Shown here: one piece after another, positions 1-9,442 of the stretch
How the letters are laid out: every line of letters starts with the position of its first letter
Position numbering within the stretch: position 1 is the stretch's first letter
Source of the DNA: a virus
Lineage: Duplodnaviria > Caudoviricetes
Length of the DNA: 30,383 bases
Virus record (IMG/VR): IMGVR_UViG_3300025608_000066
Location: 1-30,383 of that record
Strand: one strand, 5' to 3'
Program-made: the position numbers and the translations under genes
The notes under the pieces: generated by a model
The model's input: the letters and a program-made list of their open reading frames with translations, nothing else
The model's database searches: none
What the model was told of the DNA's origin: nothing

Positions 1-671
1 GTAATTCAGGTAAGTATCTTACTACAGACGGAACAAATGAATCTTGGGCAACCATAGCATCATCACAATGGACAACAACAGGTTCTGACATATATTACAC
101 AACAGGTGGAGTAAGCGTAGGAACTACTGCAAACTTTGGTAGTTTATCAGTAGAAGGTCAAGGTCGTATTATAACTATTGGTGATAGTGGAATTGCAAAC
201 ATTCCACAAATCATGGCAACCAATAATACCAATACTGGATACGCATTCTTACAGATGAAGTCATATGACTTGAGAATACATACAGGTTCAACGCCATCGT
301 TACAAGCACAAATAGATGTTAATGGTAATATGAGATTCAATTCAGGTTATGGTTCTGTAGCAACTGCATATGGTTGTCGTGTATGGTTAAGTATTAATAC
401 AAAAACATTTGGTATTAAAGGAAGTGCAAATGTCAGCAGTGTCACCGATAGAGGAACTGGAAGATTTAGACCTAACTTTTCAACTGCTATGCCTGATGCA
501 AATTATAGCGTTAGCGGAATTGCAATGGTAGGAAGTGGTTTTAATAATGGTGATGGTATGTCTGTTGGTGCTTTTGGATACACAACAACATATTTTGAAG
601 GACAAACAACAGATGCGACTGCAAATAGTGCATACGATTGTGATAACTTAACAATTATGGTTATTAGATAA
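1..671 (+). CDS. Tail fibre protein, C-terminal part (5' truncated)
   Basis: Frame is open from base 3 (NSGKYLTTDGTNESW...) through the 213 ORF. It ends in a fibre-tip-like domain (AYGCRVW...NVSSVTDRGTG...FSTAMPDANYSV). Confidence 0.75.
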   Translation, partial: NSGKYLTTDGTNESWATIASSQWTTTGSDIYYTTGGVSVGTTANFGSLSVEGQGRIITIGDSGIANIPQIMATNNTNTGYAFLQMKSYDLRIHTGSTPSLQAQIDVNGNMRFNSGYGSVATAYGCRVWLSINTKTFGIKGSANVSSVTDRGTGRFRPNFSTAMPDANYSVSGIAMVGSGFNNGDGMSVGAFGYTTTYFEGQTTDATANSAYDCDNLTIMVIR

Positions 672-679
672 GGAATAAT

Positions 680-946
680 ATGAAAATAATATATCAAACA
701 GAAGAAGGATTAGCAGTAGTAGTTCCTACTGGTGAATTAGATATAAACGAAGTGGCTCGTAAAGATGTTTCTTCAGGAGTAGACTATTGGATAGTAGAAG
801 ATAGCGAAGTTCCAAGTGATAGAACATTTAGAAACGCATGGGAATTAGATGCTAGTATTGGAACACCTGATGGTCAAGGTATAGGTGCAGACGCATGGTT
901 TGCAGAACAAGCAGAAAAGGAAGTGACAGATGAAAATCCAAGTTAA
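680..946 (+). CDS. Tail fibre-associated protein (assembly chaperone-like, N-terminal half)
   Basis: RBS AAGGA. Motif VPSDRTFRNAW, typical of small genes that follow marine phage fibres. Confidence 0.55.
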   Translation: MKIIYQTEEGLAVVVPTGELDINEVARKDVSSGVDYWIVEDSEVPSDRTFRNAWELDASIGTPDGQGIGADAWFAEQAEKEVTDENPS

Positions 947-1154
947 TATCAATAAAGCAAAAGAAATAACAAAAGAAAAACTTCGTGCAGAAAGAAAACC
1001 TTTGTTAGAAGCACAAGATGTTGCATTTCAACGAGCATTAGAAACAGGTGCAGACACATCTGCAATCGTTGCAGAAAAACAAAGATTAAGAGATATTACC
1101 AATCAGGTAGACACTATGACTACTGTTGAAGAGTTAAAAACAGCATCAGTTTAA
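930..1154 (+). CDS. Tail fibre assembly chaperone-like protein
   Basis: LRAERKPLL...QRLRDIT resembles the RxxRxxLL...RQxLRD(I/L)(P/T) chaperone motif. Confidence 0.6.
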   Translation: MKIQVNINKAKEITKEKLRAERKPLLEAQDVAFQRALETGADTSAIVAEKQRLRDITNQVDTMTTVEELKTASV

Positions 1155-1163
1155 GGATAATTA

Positions 1164-2477
1164 ATGGCAAAGATCACAATTAAAGGCGATACTAGCGGTG
1201 AAGTAGATATAGTAGCACCTGCCGTTGCAGGAACGACTACTTACAATTTATCTACAGCAGGTGGTGATATCCTTGCAACTGGTGATATTGGAGTAACAGT
1301 TCAGGGGCATGATGCTACAATATTAAAAAGTGCAGATATTGGAACATCTGTACAAGCACATGATGCAAATATTGCAAAATATAATGATCCAGTTGCAAAT
1401 TTTACTGGCACATTTCAGCATAATGGAAATCCAGTTGCAACACAATCTTATGTAGATTCAGGACTTTCTGGTGTTTCAGTTACGCCAGATGCTATTTCAG
1501 ATCAAAATAACACATCTACAGGTTATTTTAAATTACCCACAGGAACAGCGTCACAAAGACCTTCATCTCCAGTTACTGGTCAAACAAGATATAACACAGA
1601 ATTAGAATCAATCGAGTTTTACAATGGATCTGAATGGAGAAGGGTGAAAGATTCTACAGGATCTGTATATATGTTTGGCGGTGTAGTTTTTGAAGCAGAT
1701 GGATATAAATACCATCAATTTACATCATCAGGCACATTAAATGTTTCATTTGCAGATAATGCTTCAGTTGAATACTTAATTGTTGCAGGTGGTGGTTCTG
1801 GCGGAAACCAGAGTGGAGCTCATTATGGCCCTGGCGGAGGTGGTGCAGGAGGAATGAGAACAGGGACTACAACTGTTAATACTGGAAGTGTTTTCACTAT
1901 TACTGTAGGTGCAGGTGGAGCTGCTATTCCACAAACTAACTCAAGCGGAAACAATGGTTCTAATTCTGTTGCTCTAGGAATTACATCAACTGGAGGAGGC
2001 GGTGGTGGAGGCCCAAGCGGTACTTCAAGAAATGGTGGTTCTGGTGGTGGTGGTTGTGCAGTAGGACCTAACCCAGGCTCTGGTACTTCTGGACAAGGAA
2101 ATTCGGGAGGTAATGCTTATATTGGATCAACAAATAACCGAGGTGGTGGTGGAGGCGGTGGTAAATCCGCAGTTGGTTCAAATGCTGTTAATGGTCCTCA
2201 AGCAGGTAATGGTGGTTCTGGTGCATTAGCATTTGACGGAAATTATTATGCAGGCGGTGGAGGTGGTGCAACATCTAATAGTACTGCTGGATTTGGTAAC
2301 GGTGCAGGTGGTATTGGTGGTGGCGGATCAGGACAAAACAATATTACATTAAATGCAGTTTCTGGAGCTACTAACACAGGAGGAGGTGGTGGAGCCCATG
2401 GTAACCAAAATGGTACTGGTGGATCATCATCTGGAGCAGGTGGATCAGGAATGGTTATTATTAGATACCCAATTTAA
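1164..2477 (+). CDS. Glycine-rich tail fibre/adhesin
   Basis: LPTGTASQRPSSP-TG-RYN motif. C-terminal Gly-rich domain bounded by EYLIVAGGG and GSGMVIIRY. Confidence 0.75.
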   Translation: MAKITIKGDTSGEVDIVAPAVAGTTTYNLSTAGGDILATGDIGVTVQGHDATILKSADIGTSVQAHDANIAKYNDPVANFTGTFQHNGNPVATQSYVDSGLSGVSVTPDAISDQNNTSTGYFKLPTGTASQRPSSPVTGQTRYNTELESIEFYNGSEWRRVKDSTGSVYMFGGVVFEADGYKYHQFTSSGTLNVSFADNASVEYLIVAGGGSGGNQSGAHYGPGGGGAGGMRTGTTTVNTGSVFTITVGAGGAAIPQTNSSGNNGSNSVALGITSTGGGGGGGPSGTSRNGGSGGGGCAVGPNPGSGTSGQGNSGGNAYIGSTNNRGGGGGGGKSAVGSNAVNGPQAGNGGSGALAFDGNYYAGGGGGATSNSTAGFGNGAGGIGGGGSGQNNITLNAVSGATNTGGGGGAHGNQNGTGGSSSGAGGSGMVIIRYPI

Positions 2478-2489
2478 TTAAGGAACAAA

Positions 2490-4025
2490 ATGGCAACAAT
2501 AATTAACGGCACAACAGGTATTGATAAAATACAAGATGAAGTAGTCATTACTGGTACTGGTGGGGTTACTGTGCCTTCTGGTACAACTGCTGAGAGACCA
2601 TCAAGTCCATCAACTGGGATGTTGAGATTTAATACCGATAAGAACATTTTAGAGCAATATAATGGAACAGTATGGAGAGAAGGTTATTCTCCTGCTCCAG
2701 AAATTACATCTGTATCACCTACTGACTTTGATGGTGAATCTGGAACTACTATTACAATTAATGGCAATTATTTTAGTTCAGGTGCAGTAGTACAATTTAA
2801 GAAAACTGGCGGAAGTTATGCAAATGGTACAAACATATCATTTGTAAACTCAAACCAAATAACTGCAGATACTCCAGAAGATTACGATCTAACAGAATCT
2901 CCAGTATCAGTAAAAATTGTTCAAGATTCAGGTAGTGATGAATCAGTAGATGCAATTACAATGGGTGCTGCTCCTGCATGGTCAACTGCATCAGGTAACT
3001 TAGTTACAGTTAATGAAGGTTCTGCAGTAAGCACATCTGTAACAGCAACAGATGATGGTTCTATTGCATCTTATACAGTAACATCAGGTGCATTACCAAG
3101 CGGAGTTACATTAAATACATCAACAGGGGCGATAACAGGAACTGCTCCTGCAGTTGCATCTAATACACAATATGATTTTACAATTACTGCTACAGATAAT
3201 GTAGGTAACACAACTGCTAGAGATTTTAATATTATTGTTAACAACATCAACTATACTGCAGAAGCAATTATTGTTGCAGGCGGAGGTGGAGGTGGTTCTG
3301 GTGACGGAGGTGGCGGAGGAGCAGGCGGATTCCGTTATACATCAACATTAGTTACTGTTGGTTCTGGTTATTCTGTTGTTGTTGGTGGAGGTGGGACAGG
3401 CGGGGTTGGTGAAGGCCCAACTGTAACATCTACTAATGGTGCAAACAGTTCTGCATTAAGTATTACATCTACTGGTGGTGGTCGTGGTGGTCAAGAAAAC
3501 AATCGTAACGGCGGATCAGGTGGATCAGGTGGTGGAGGTGGTGGTGTAAACGCCTCTGGTGCAGGAGGCTCAGGAACATCAGGACAAGGATTTGCAGGAT
3601 CTGCAAACTCTACACCTAATAAATGTGGTGGTGGGGGTGGAGCATCACAAGCAGGTGCATTATCTGGTGGCGGTAATGGAAATAACACATATTCTGCATG
3701 GGCAACTGCAACATCTTCTGGTGCAAGTGGATATTATGCAGGAGGAGGTGGCGGTTCATCTCGTGATGGCGGTGATACAGGAGGTGGTTTAGGTGGCGGA
3801 GGTAACGCACCTAACTCTTATGGAGGTAATGGTACTTCTGGTACTGTTAATACAGGCGGTGGAGGTGGGGGTTCAGGTGACCAAAACACAACTGCAGGTG
3901 GCGGTGGTAGTGGTATTGTAATTATTAGAACTCCTGACACAGCAAGTGGTTCAGGTGGAACTGTCTATGTTTCAGGTGGATATAGATATCATAAATTTAC
4001 AAGTTCAGGAACATTTACAGCATAA
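2490..4025 (+). CDS. Glycine-rich adhesin with IPT/TIG and putative Ig-like domains
   Basis: PEITSVSP...ITINGNYF (IPT/TIG). GALPSGVTLNTSTGAITGT (He_PIG-like). Gly-rich C-terminal domain. Confidence 0.75.
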   Translation: MATIINGTTGIDKIQDEVVITGTGGVTVPSGTTAERPSSPSTGMLRFNTDKNILEQYNGTVWREGYSPAPEITSVSPTDFDGESGTTITINGNYFSSGAVVQFKKTGGSYANGTNISFVNSNQITADTPEDYDLTESPVSVKIVQDSGSDESVDAITMGAAPAWSTASGNLVTVNEGSAVSTSVTATDDGSIASYTVTSGALPSGVTLNTSTGAITGTAPAVASNTQYDFTITATDNVGNTTARDFNIIVNNINYTAEAIIVAGGGGGGSGDGGGGGAGGFRYTSTLVTVGSGYSVVVGGGGTGGVGEGPTVTSTNGANSSALSITSTGGGRGGQENNRNGGSGGSGGGGGGVNASGAGGSGTSGQGFAGSANSTPNKCGGGGGASQAGALSGGGNGNNTYSAWATATSSGASGYYAGGGGGSSRDGGDTGGGLGGGGNAPNSYGGNGTSGTVNTGGGGGGSGDQNTTAGGGGSGIVIIRTPDTASGSGGTVYVSGGYRYHKFTSSGTFTA

Positions 4026-4033
4026 GGATATAT

Positions 4034-4420
4034 ATGGCACATTTTGCAAAAGTAGTAGATGGTTTAGTAACTAAAGTTATAGTTGCAGAACCAGAATTTT
4101 TTGAAACATTTGTTGATGATTCAGCAGGTGAATGGATACAAACATCTTACAATACATATGGTGGTAAACATTATACAGAACAAGAAGATGGTACAAGAGT
4201 GGAGTCAGCAGACCAAACTAAAGCATTAAGAAAAAATTATGCAGGTATTGGTTTTACATATGACCACGAAAAAGATGCGTTTATCCCTCCAAAACCTTTT
4301 GCGTCATGGGTATTAAATGAAGACACTTGTTGGTGGGAAGCACCAGTTGCAATGCCTGATGACGATCAACATTATCTATGGAATGAAGAAAACCAAAACT
4401 GGACATTGGTAACTGAATAA
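4034..4420 (+). CDS. Conserved phage protein accompanying Gly-rich adhesins
   Basis: MAHFAK...WIQTSYN...RKNYAGIG.TYD...DAFIPPKPF.SW pattern. RBS AAGGA. Confidence 0.6.
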   Translation: MAHFAKVVDGLVTKVIVAEPEFFETFVDDSAGEWIQTSYNTYGGKHYTEQEDGTRVESADQTKALRKNYAGIGFTYDHEKDAFIPPKPFASWVLNEDTCWWEAPVAMPDDDQHYLWNEENQNWTLVTE

Positions 4421-5073
4421 TGTTTGGATTAGCCTCATTTTCACAAGCACCTTTATCATCACTAGGTAGTTCTACAAAATTTGGTGTAGGTAATGTAAAT
4501 GCACTAGCATCTACAACTGCATCATGTAATAGAATTAGAACATTTGATGGTTCAATATCTGCAAACGGTATTGTATCGTCTAATGCAATTAGAGTCAGAA
4601 CATCTAACGGTAATATTAATGGTGTTGGAAATGCAGATGTTACATACATCAGGATCAGAGATCATAATGCTTCTATTAATGGTACTGCATTTGTAAGAAC
4701 TGATGGTTTATCACTTGCATTTGCATCAGGAGCATTATTTGGTAATGTTTCAGTTACTACCGATGGAACAAGAGTACGAACATCAACAGGACCAATAAAC
4801 GGACAAGCAGATGTTAGTGCATTAGGTGGTCTAATTTATTCTGGTGACGGTCAAGTTCATGCAACAGGAAAAGTGGTGGCATTGCCTAGTGCAGTATGGT
4901 GGGTTAATGCTGATACAGATGGTAACGCAACAACAACTGCATCAGGTGTAGTATTGGGTGAAGAATGGGGTGATAGTTCTGTAGGAGCTGAAACTTGGAC
5001 AGAATCATCTACAGGCAGTGAAATATGGGTGGAAGATCCACCTGAATCAAATACATGGTTAAGACAAGGATAA
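4420..5073 (+). CDS. Structural protein with ~20-aa beta repeats
   Basis: Periodic RxRT...G.I.G repeats and a Trp every 10 aa in the C-terminal tail. Confidence 0.5.
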   Translation: MFGLASFSQAPLSSLGSSTKFGVGNVNALASTTASCNRIRTFDGSISANGIVSSNAIRVRTSNGNINGVGNADVTYIRIRDHNASINGTAFVRTDGLSLAFASGALFGNVSVTTDGTRVRTSTGPINGQADVSALGGLIYSGDGQVHATGKVVALPSAVWWVNADTDGNATTTASGVVLGEEWGDSSVGAETWTESSTGSEIWVEDPPESNTWLRQG

Positions 5074-5076
5074 AAA

Positions 5077-5871
5077 ATGGCAAAAACAAAGCTCTCAGAA
5101 TATAACTCTACCTCTACTAACAATACTGATATAGACGGTATTAATATCAACGAAGGTTGTACGCCTTCTGGTATTAATAATGCTATTCGTGAGGTCATGG
5201 CACACCTTAAAGACTTTCAAGCAGGTACAGTTACTGGTAACTCACTAGCAGTTGCATCTGGTGGTACAGGTGCAGAAAATGCAACTAATGCTCGTACTAA
5301 TCTTGGAGTTGCTAAATCTGGTGCTAATTCTGACATTACATCTTTAACAGGCTTAACAACTGCATTATCTCCTGCACAAGGCGGTACAGGTGTAACCAGT
5401 ATATCTGCGTTAGTAACATCATTAGGTTTAGATACAGCTGCAGATGCACAGTTTGATTCATTAGGTATCGGTACAACTGCATCAGGAACAACTGGTGAGA
5501 TTCGTGCAACTAACAACATTACTGCATACTATTCTGATGACAGACTAAAAACTAAACATGGAAATATTGAAGATGCGTTGAAAAAGATCAATACATTAAA
5601 TGGTTTCTATTATAGTGCAAATCAAACAGCACAAGACTTAGGCTATGTTCCTAAGAAAGAAGTAGGGGTATCTGCACAGGAAGTTAATGCAATTATGCCT
5701 GAAGTTATTGCTCCTGCACCTATCGATGAACAATATATGACAGTTCATTACGATAGACTTGTCCCATTATTAATTGAAGGAATTAAAGAATTAACTACTA
5801 AGGTTAGACATTTAGAAAAAGAGATAGAAGCTCACAAAATGGTCGATCATTGTTCTTGCGAGGGTAAGTGA
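5077..5871 (+). CDS. Tail fibre with C-terminal peptidase S74 intramolecular chaperone
   Basis: YYSDDRLK...GVSAQEV...PE...V.YDRLVPLLIEGIKEL followed by a coiled coil. N-terminal anchor INEGC.PSGINNAIR. Confidence 0.85.
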   Translation: MAKTKLSEYNSTSTNNTDIDGININEGCTPSGINNAIREVMAHLKDFQAGTVTGNSLAVASGGTGAENATNARTNLGVAKSGANSDITSLTGLTTALSPAQGGTGVTSISALVTSLGLDTAADAQFDSLGIGTTASGTTGEIRATNNITAYYSDDRLKTKHGNIEDALKKINTLNGFYYSANQTAQDLGYVPKKEVGVSAQEVNAIMPEVIAPAPIDEQYMTVHYDRLVPLLIEGIKELTTKVRHLEKEIEAHKMVDHCSCEGK

Positions 5872-5872
5872 T

Positions 5873-7057
5873 ATGACAATGCAAAGTAGCGGAACAATTA
5901 GTCTTAATGATGTTAATTTAGAGCTAAGAAATTCTTCACTTACAGCAATTAACATTAATGATGCAAGTGTCAGAGGTCTAGCAAATAAAACTAGTGGTGC
6001 AGTATCATTTACTAACTTTTATGGTAGAAATTTTGACCTTAGAGGTCAACAAGCGTTTACTACAACTGGATTACACTCATGGGTTTGCCCATCTAAAGTA
6101 AACACAGTACACGCAGTATGTGTTGGTGGTGGCGGAGGTGGTGCTGGTTCTGGTGACGGTGGTAACGGTGGAGGCGGTGGAGGTCTTGGTTGGAAAAACA
6201 ACATCTCAGTAACTGCAGGTCAAACATACTATGTCTATGTTGGTATAGGCGGTAGTCCTAATAGTTTAGTAGATGGTGTAGGTAGTTTATTTATTACTAC
6301 AGATGCTTTTACCATTTCATCATTCTCTGTTAGCTCTAATGTAGTTACTGTTAATACAGGATCTAATCACAGTTTTGAAACAGGAGATACTGTATCTGTA
6401 GACTGTTCGTTTAGAGAAATTAATGGAACATTTACTATTACTAAAGTAGATGCTAATACATTTACATACAGTAAAACATTTCAAAACTACTCTCAATTAT
6501 CTGTTACTGGTATATGCTTTGCAGGAAGTATTATTGTTAGAGGTGGTGGTGGTGATTCAGGCTTAGGAGTAGATGGTGGATTTTCATCACCTGCAAACAC
6601 TATGGTTGGTGGTACATTTACTGGTGATGGTGGCGGTAATGGTTCTACACAAGCTGGTAGAGATGCTTCTACTGCAGGTGGCGGTGGCGGAGCAGGTGGT
6701 TACGATGGTAACGGTGGCTCTCAAACTGGAGGTTGTGGCGGTAATGGTGCGGCTTCTAACTATCGTGGAGGCGGTGGTGGAGGTGTAGGTATTTACGGTG
6801 AAGGTGCATCAGGTGCTAATGTCGGTGCATATGCAGGTGGTGGTTACGGTGGATCAGGTGGTGGTAGAGGTGGAACACATGACTGTAACACAGGAACTTG
6901 TGGATTAGGTGGTTCATATGGCGGAGGTGGCGGTGGTCACGATTCATATAGTGCAGCTTCTGGTTATCAAGGTGCAGTAAGACTTATTTGGGGTGAAACA
7001 AGAGCGTTCCCTATAACACAAACAGCAGATGTTACAGCAGGTGAGGTATATAGTTAA
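5873..7057 (+). CDS. Glycine-rich fibre-tip adhesin with an inserted beta domain
   Basis: N-terminal SSG.ISL...NFYG cap. Gly-rich domain (VCVGGGGGG...GAVRLIW) interrupted by HSFETGDTV...INGTFTIT..D.NTFTY. Confidence 0.7.
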   Translation: MTMQSSGTISLNDVNLELRNSSLTAININDASVRGLANKTSGAVSFTNFYGRNFDLRGQQAFTTTGLHSWVCPSKVNTVHAVCVGGGGGGAGSGDGGNGGGGGGLGWKNNISVTAGQTYYVYVGIGGSPNSLVDGVGSLFITTDAFTISSFSVSSNVVTVNTGSNHSFETGDTVSVDCSFREINGTFTITKVDANTFTYSKTFQNYSQLSVTGICFAGSIIVRGGGGDSGLGVDGGFSSPANTMVGGTFTGDGGGNGSTQAGRDASTAGGGGGAGGYDGNGGSQTGGCGGNGAASNYRGGGGGGVGIYGEGASGANVGAYAGGGYGGSGGGRGGTHDCNTGTCGLGGSYGGGGGGHDSYSAASGYQGAVRLIWGETRAFPITQTADVTAGEVYS

Positions 7058-8484
7058 TGGCAAACACACGATTACAGTTCCAAGAATGGTTACCAGATCA
7101 ACCAGCAATTTCAGGACAGTTATTAGAAGCTAAAAATGTATACCCAGTATCTGTTGGGTACGCACCTTTTAATAGTGCTGAAAACTATTCTAATGCAGCT
7201 AGTGAAAACCTTAATTCTGTATTTGTAGGTAAATTTGGTGATGAAGTAAAACTATTCGCAGGCGGTGAAACTAAGTTATTTCAATTTGATTCTACAAACT
7301 TAAATATGATTGATGTATCTAAAACAGGTGGATACTCTAGCGTACATTACTGGAAGTACACTCAATTTGGTAACACCGTATTAGCAACTAATAATTCACA
7401 ACCCATACAATCATGGACTATAGGTACATCTTCTGCATTTTCAGATTTATCTGCATCAGCACCAACTGCTAAATATATTACAGTAGTTAGAGATTTTGTA
7501 GTTGCAGCTAACATAGGTAGCTCAGATCCATCAAAAGTTCAATGGAGCGATATAAACGACGAAACAAATTGGCTGTCAGGATCTACATCTCAATCAGATT
7601 ATCAGCTTATTCCTGATGGCGGAAATATTACTGGACTCACAGGGGGAGAGTTTGGTTTAATTTTCCTAGAAAAGTCTATAGCAAGAATGACATATGCAGG
7701 ATCGCCTTTATTTTTCCAATTTGATGTAATTTCAAGAGGATTAGGTTGCTTTGCAGGTAATAGTATTGCACAGTATGGTGCAACATCATTCTTTCTTGCA
7801 GATGATGGTTTTTATATGTGCGATGGTAATACTGTAACAGGTATCGGTGTAGAAAAAATAGATAGATACTTTTTTAATGACTGTGATCTTACAGATCTAG
7901 ATACTATGTCTGCAGCTATAGATCCTATTAAAAAATTAGTAGTATGGAACTATTCTAATGTTGATGGTGGTAGAAGTATTCTTATATATAACTTTAAACT
8001 AAATAAATGGTCTAGAGTAGACACAGATACAACTGTAGTAGGTAATGCAGCTACATCTGGTACAACATTAGAAGGATTAGCATCATTATATCCAAACATA
8101 GAAAGTATCCCTGCGTCATTAGATGATCGACTATGGGTTGGTGGTAAGTTCTTGTTTGCTGGTGCAAAAGATGATCGTATTGTGACATTTACAGGAAATA
8201 CCTACAACTCAGAAATTATTACATCTGATATAGAAACTGGATATAACTCAGTAGTTAGTTTAGTTAGACCACAAATCGACAATGGTTCTGCAGATATTTC
8301 AGTTGCATCTCGAAGAGAGCTAAATAGCAATATACAGTTTGGATCTGTAGTATCTACAACACAAGAAGGTCGTGCAAACTTTAGAAGTGCAGGTCGTTAT
8401 CATAGGTTTAAAATACAGCCTACAGGTAACTGGACTAATGCAATAAGTATTGATGTTGATGTAAAACCACAAGGTAACCGATAA
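7057..8484 (+). CDS. Podovirus tail nozzle / DNA stabilisation protein (P22 gp10-like, beta-propeller)
   Basis: 475 aa, beta-rich, with motifs EWLPDQP, VQWS, RGLGC and DDGFY. Lies upstream of the ejection genes. Confidence 0.65.
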   Translation: MANTRLQFQEWLPDQPAISGQLLEAKNVYPVSVGYAPFNSAENYSNAASENLNSVFVGKFGDEVKLFAGGETKLFQFDSTNLNMIDVSKTGGYSSVHYWKYTQFGNTVLATNNSQPIQSWTIGTSSAFSDLSASAPTAKYITVVRDFVVAANIGSSDPSKVQWSDINDETNWLSGSTSQSDYQLIPDGGNITGLTGGEFGLIFLEKSIARMTYAGSPLFFQFDVISRGLGCFAGNSIAQYGATSFFLADDGFYMCDGNTVTGIGVEKIDRYFFNDCDLTDLDTMSAAIDPIKKLVVWNYSNVDGGRSILIYNFKLNKWSRVDTDTTVVGNAATSGTTLEGLASLYPNIESIPASLDDRLWVGGKFLFAGAKDDRIVTFTGNTYNSEIITSDIETGYNSVVSLVRPQIDNGSADISVASRRELNSNIQFGSVVSTTQEGRANFRSAGRYHRFKIQPTGNWTNAISIDVDVKPQGNR

Positions 8485-8819
8485 TGGGCGTTAGTAGATA
8501 TAGACGATTACAACCACAATATGCTGATACTCGTGAAATTGCAGAAATTACCAACCAGATATTAAGTGGTAAAACTAACAACACAGGTGAAGTAACATTA
8601 CCACATGGTTCAGGTGGCGGTGGTGGTAGTGCAACATATACAGTTAATGATGAACGAGCAGGGTTTAATTCAGTAATCTTGTTTATGCCACTATCTAACA
8701 CATCTGCTGGTAAACTCGCTAGTATTTATGTTAGCACAAGAAATAAAGGTAGTTTTGTTATTACATATAATGACAGTGGCTCTACTGATATTGAATTAGC
8801 ATATGTTATAATAGGGTAG
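8484..8819 (+). CDS. Hypothetical virion protein (tail needle/plug-like position)
   Basis: Translationally coupled (TAATG) to the nozzle gene. Motif GKTNNTG.VTL. Confidence 0.5.
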   Translation: MGVSRYRRLQPQYADTREIAEITNQILSGKTNNTGEVTLPHGSGGGGGSATYTVNDERAGFNSVILFMPLSNTSAGKLASIYVSTRNKGSFVITYNDSGSTDIELAYVIIG

Positions 8820-8822
8820 ATT

Positions 8823-8975
8823 ATGGATAATATTGTACAGTATTTTACAAGAGAAAATAAAGACGGTCAGTTGGTTATCACTAGAAATACAACTGATGGG
8901 GTTTCTTATACTTTCAATGTTGAAAATGATCCTGATGAATACCAAAAGTATTTGGAATGGCAAACAAAACAATAA
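8823..8975 (+). CDS. Small hypothetical protein, 50 aa (not in ORF track)
   Basis: MDNIVQYF...DPDEYQKYLEWQTKQ. Fills the gap between two genes. A YQxYLEW ending is common in phage tail-region microproteins. Confidence 0.6.
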   Translation: MDNIVQYFTRENKDGQLVITRNTTDGVSYTFNVENDPDEYQKYLEWQTKQ

Positions 8976-9442
8976 TAGATAACTTTTTAAGTCATGGTGA
9001 TTTTGAGGCCATGAAGATGTTATTTACTGACAACCCGTACTTTTCTTGGTTTTATCAGAATGGTAAAGAGTATGCAAATGATGATTTCTTTCAGTTTACG
9101 CATATCTTTTATAGTAACCACAATCCTAATAGTCAGCAATACAAAGAACTAAAACCTTTTTTAGATAAGTTGCAAGTCAACGCACTAATTAGAATAAAGG
9201 CTAATCTAACTGGTAGAGAAAATAGTATAAGGTTAGGTGAATTTCATACAGACTCATTATTTAAATGCAATACTGCAATATGGTATCTAAATACCAATAA
9301 TGGAAAAACTGTATTTGAAGATGGCGATGAGGTTGAAAGTGTAGAAAACAGAATGGTGATATTTCCTTCTAAAGAAAAACATACTGCAACTACACATACA
9401 GATACAAAGACTAGGATTGTAATTAACTTTAATTACCTATGA
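8957..9442 (+). CDS. 2OG-Fe(II) oxygenase family protein
   Basis: HxD (FHTD), distal His (KHTA) and Arg (RIVINFNY). YLNTNNG.T.F and ENR.VIF motifs. Confidence 0.85.
   Translation: MANKTIIDNFLSHGDFEAMKMLFTDNPYFSWFYQNGKEYANDDFFQFTHIFYSNHNPNSQQYKELKPFLDKLQVNALIRIKANLTGRENSIRLGEFHTDSLFKCNTAIWYLNTNNGKTVFEDGDEVESVENRMVIFPSKEKHTATTHTDTKTRIVINFNYL

Noticed and set aside
3491-3810. Alternative-frame ORFs rich in Pro or His, and similar shadow ORFs (4281, 4857, 5217, 10621, 14930, 27311, 29515)
   Set aside because: Antisense or out-of-frame shadows of well-supported genes, with no RBS or family motifs.
1780-6960. GGT/GGA/GGC-rich quasi-repeats as a CRISPR array, DGR or shufflon sites
   Set aside because: They are explained by poly-Gly codons. 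There are no identical spaced repeats or TR/VR pair, and no reverse transcriptase or invertase.
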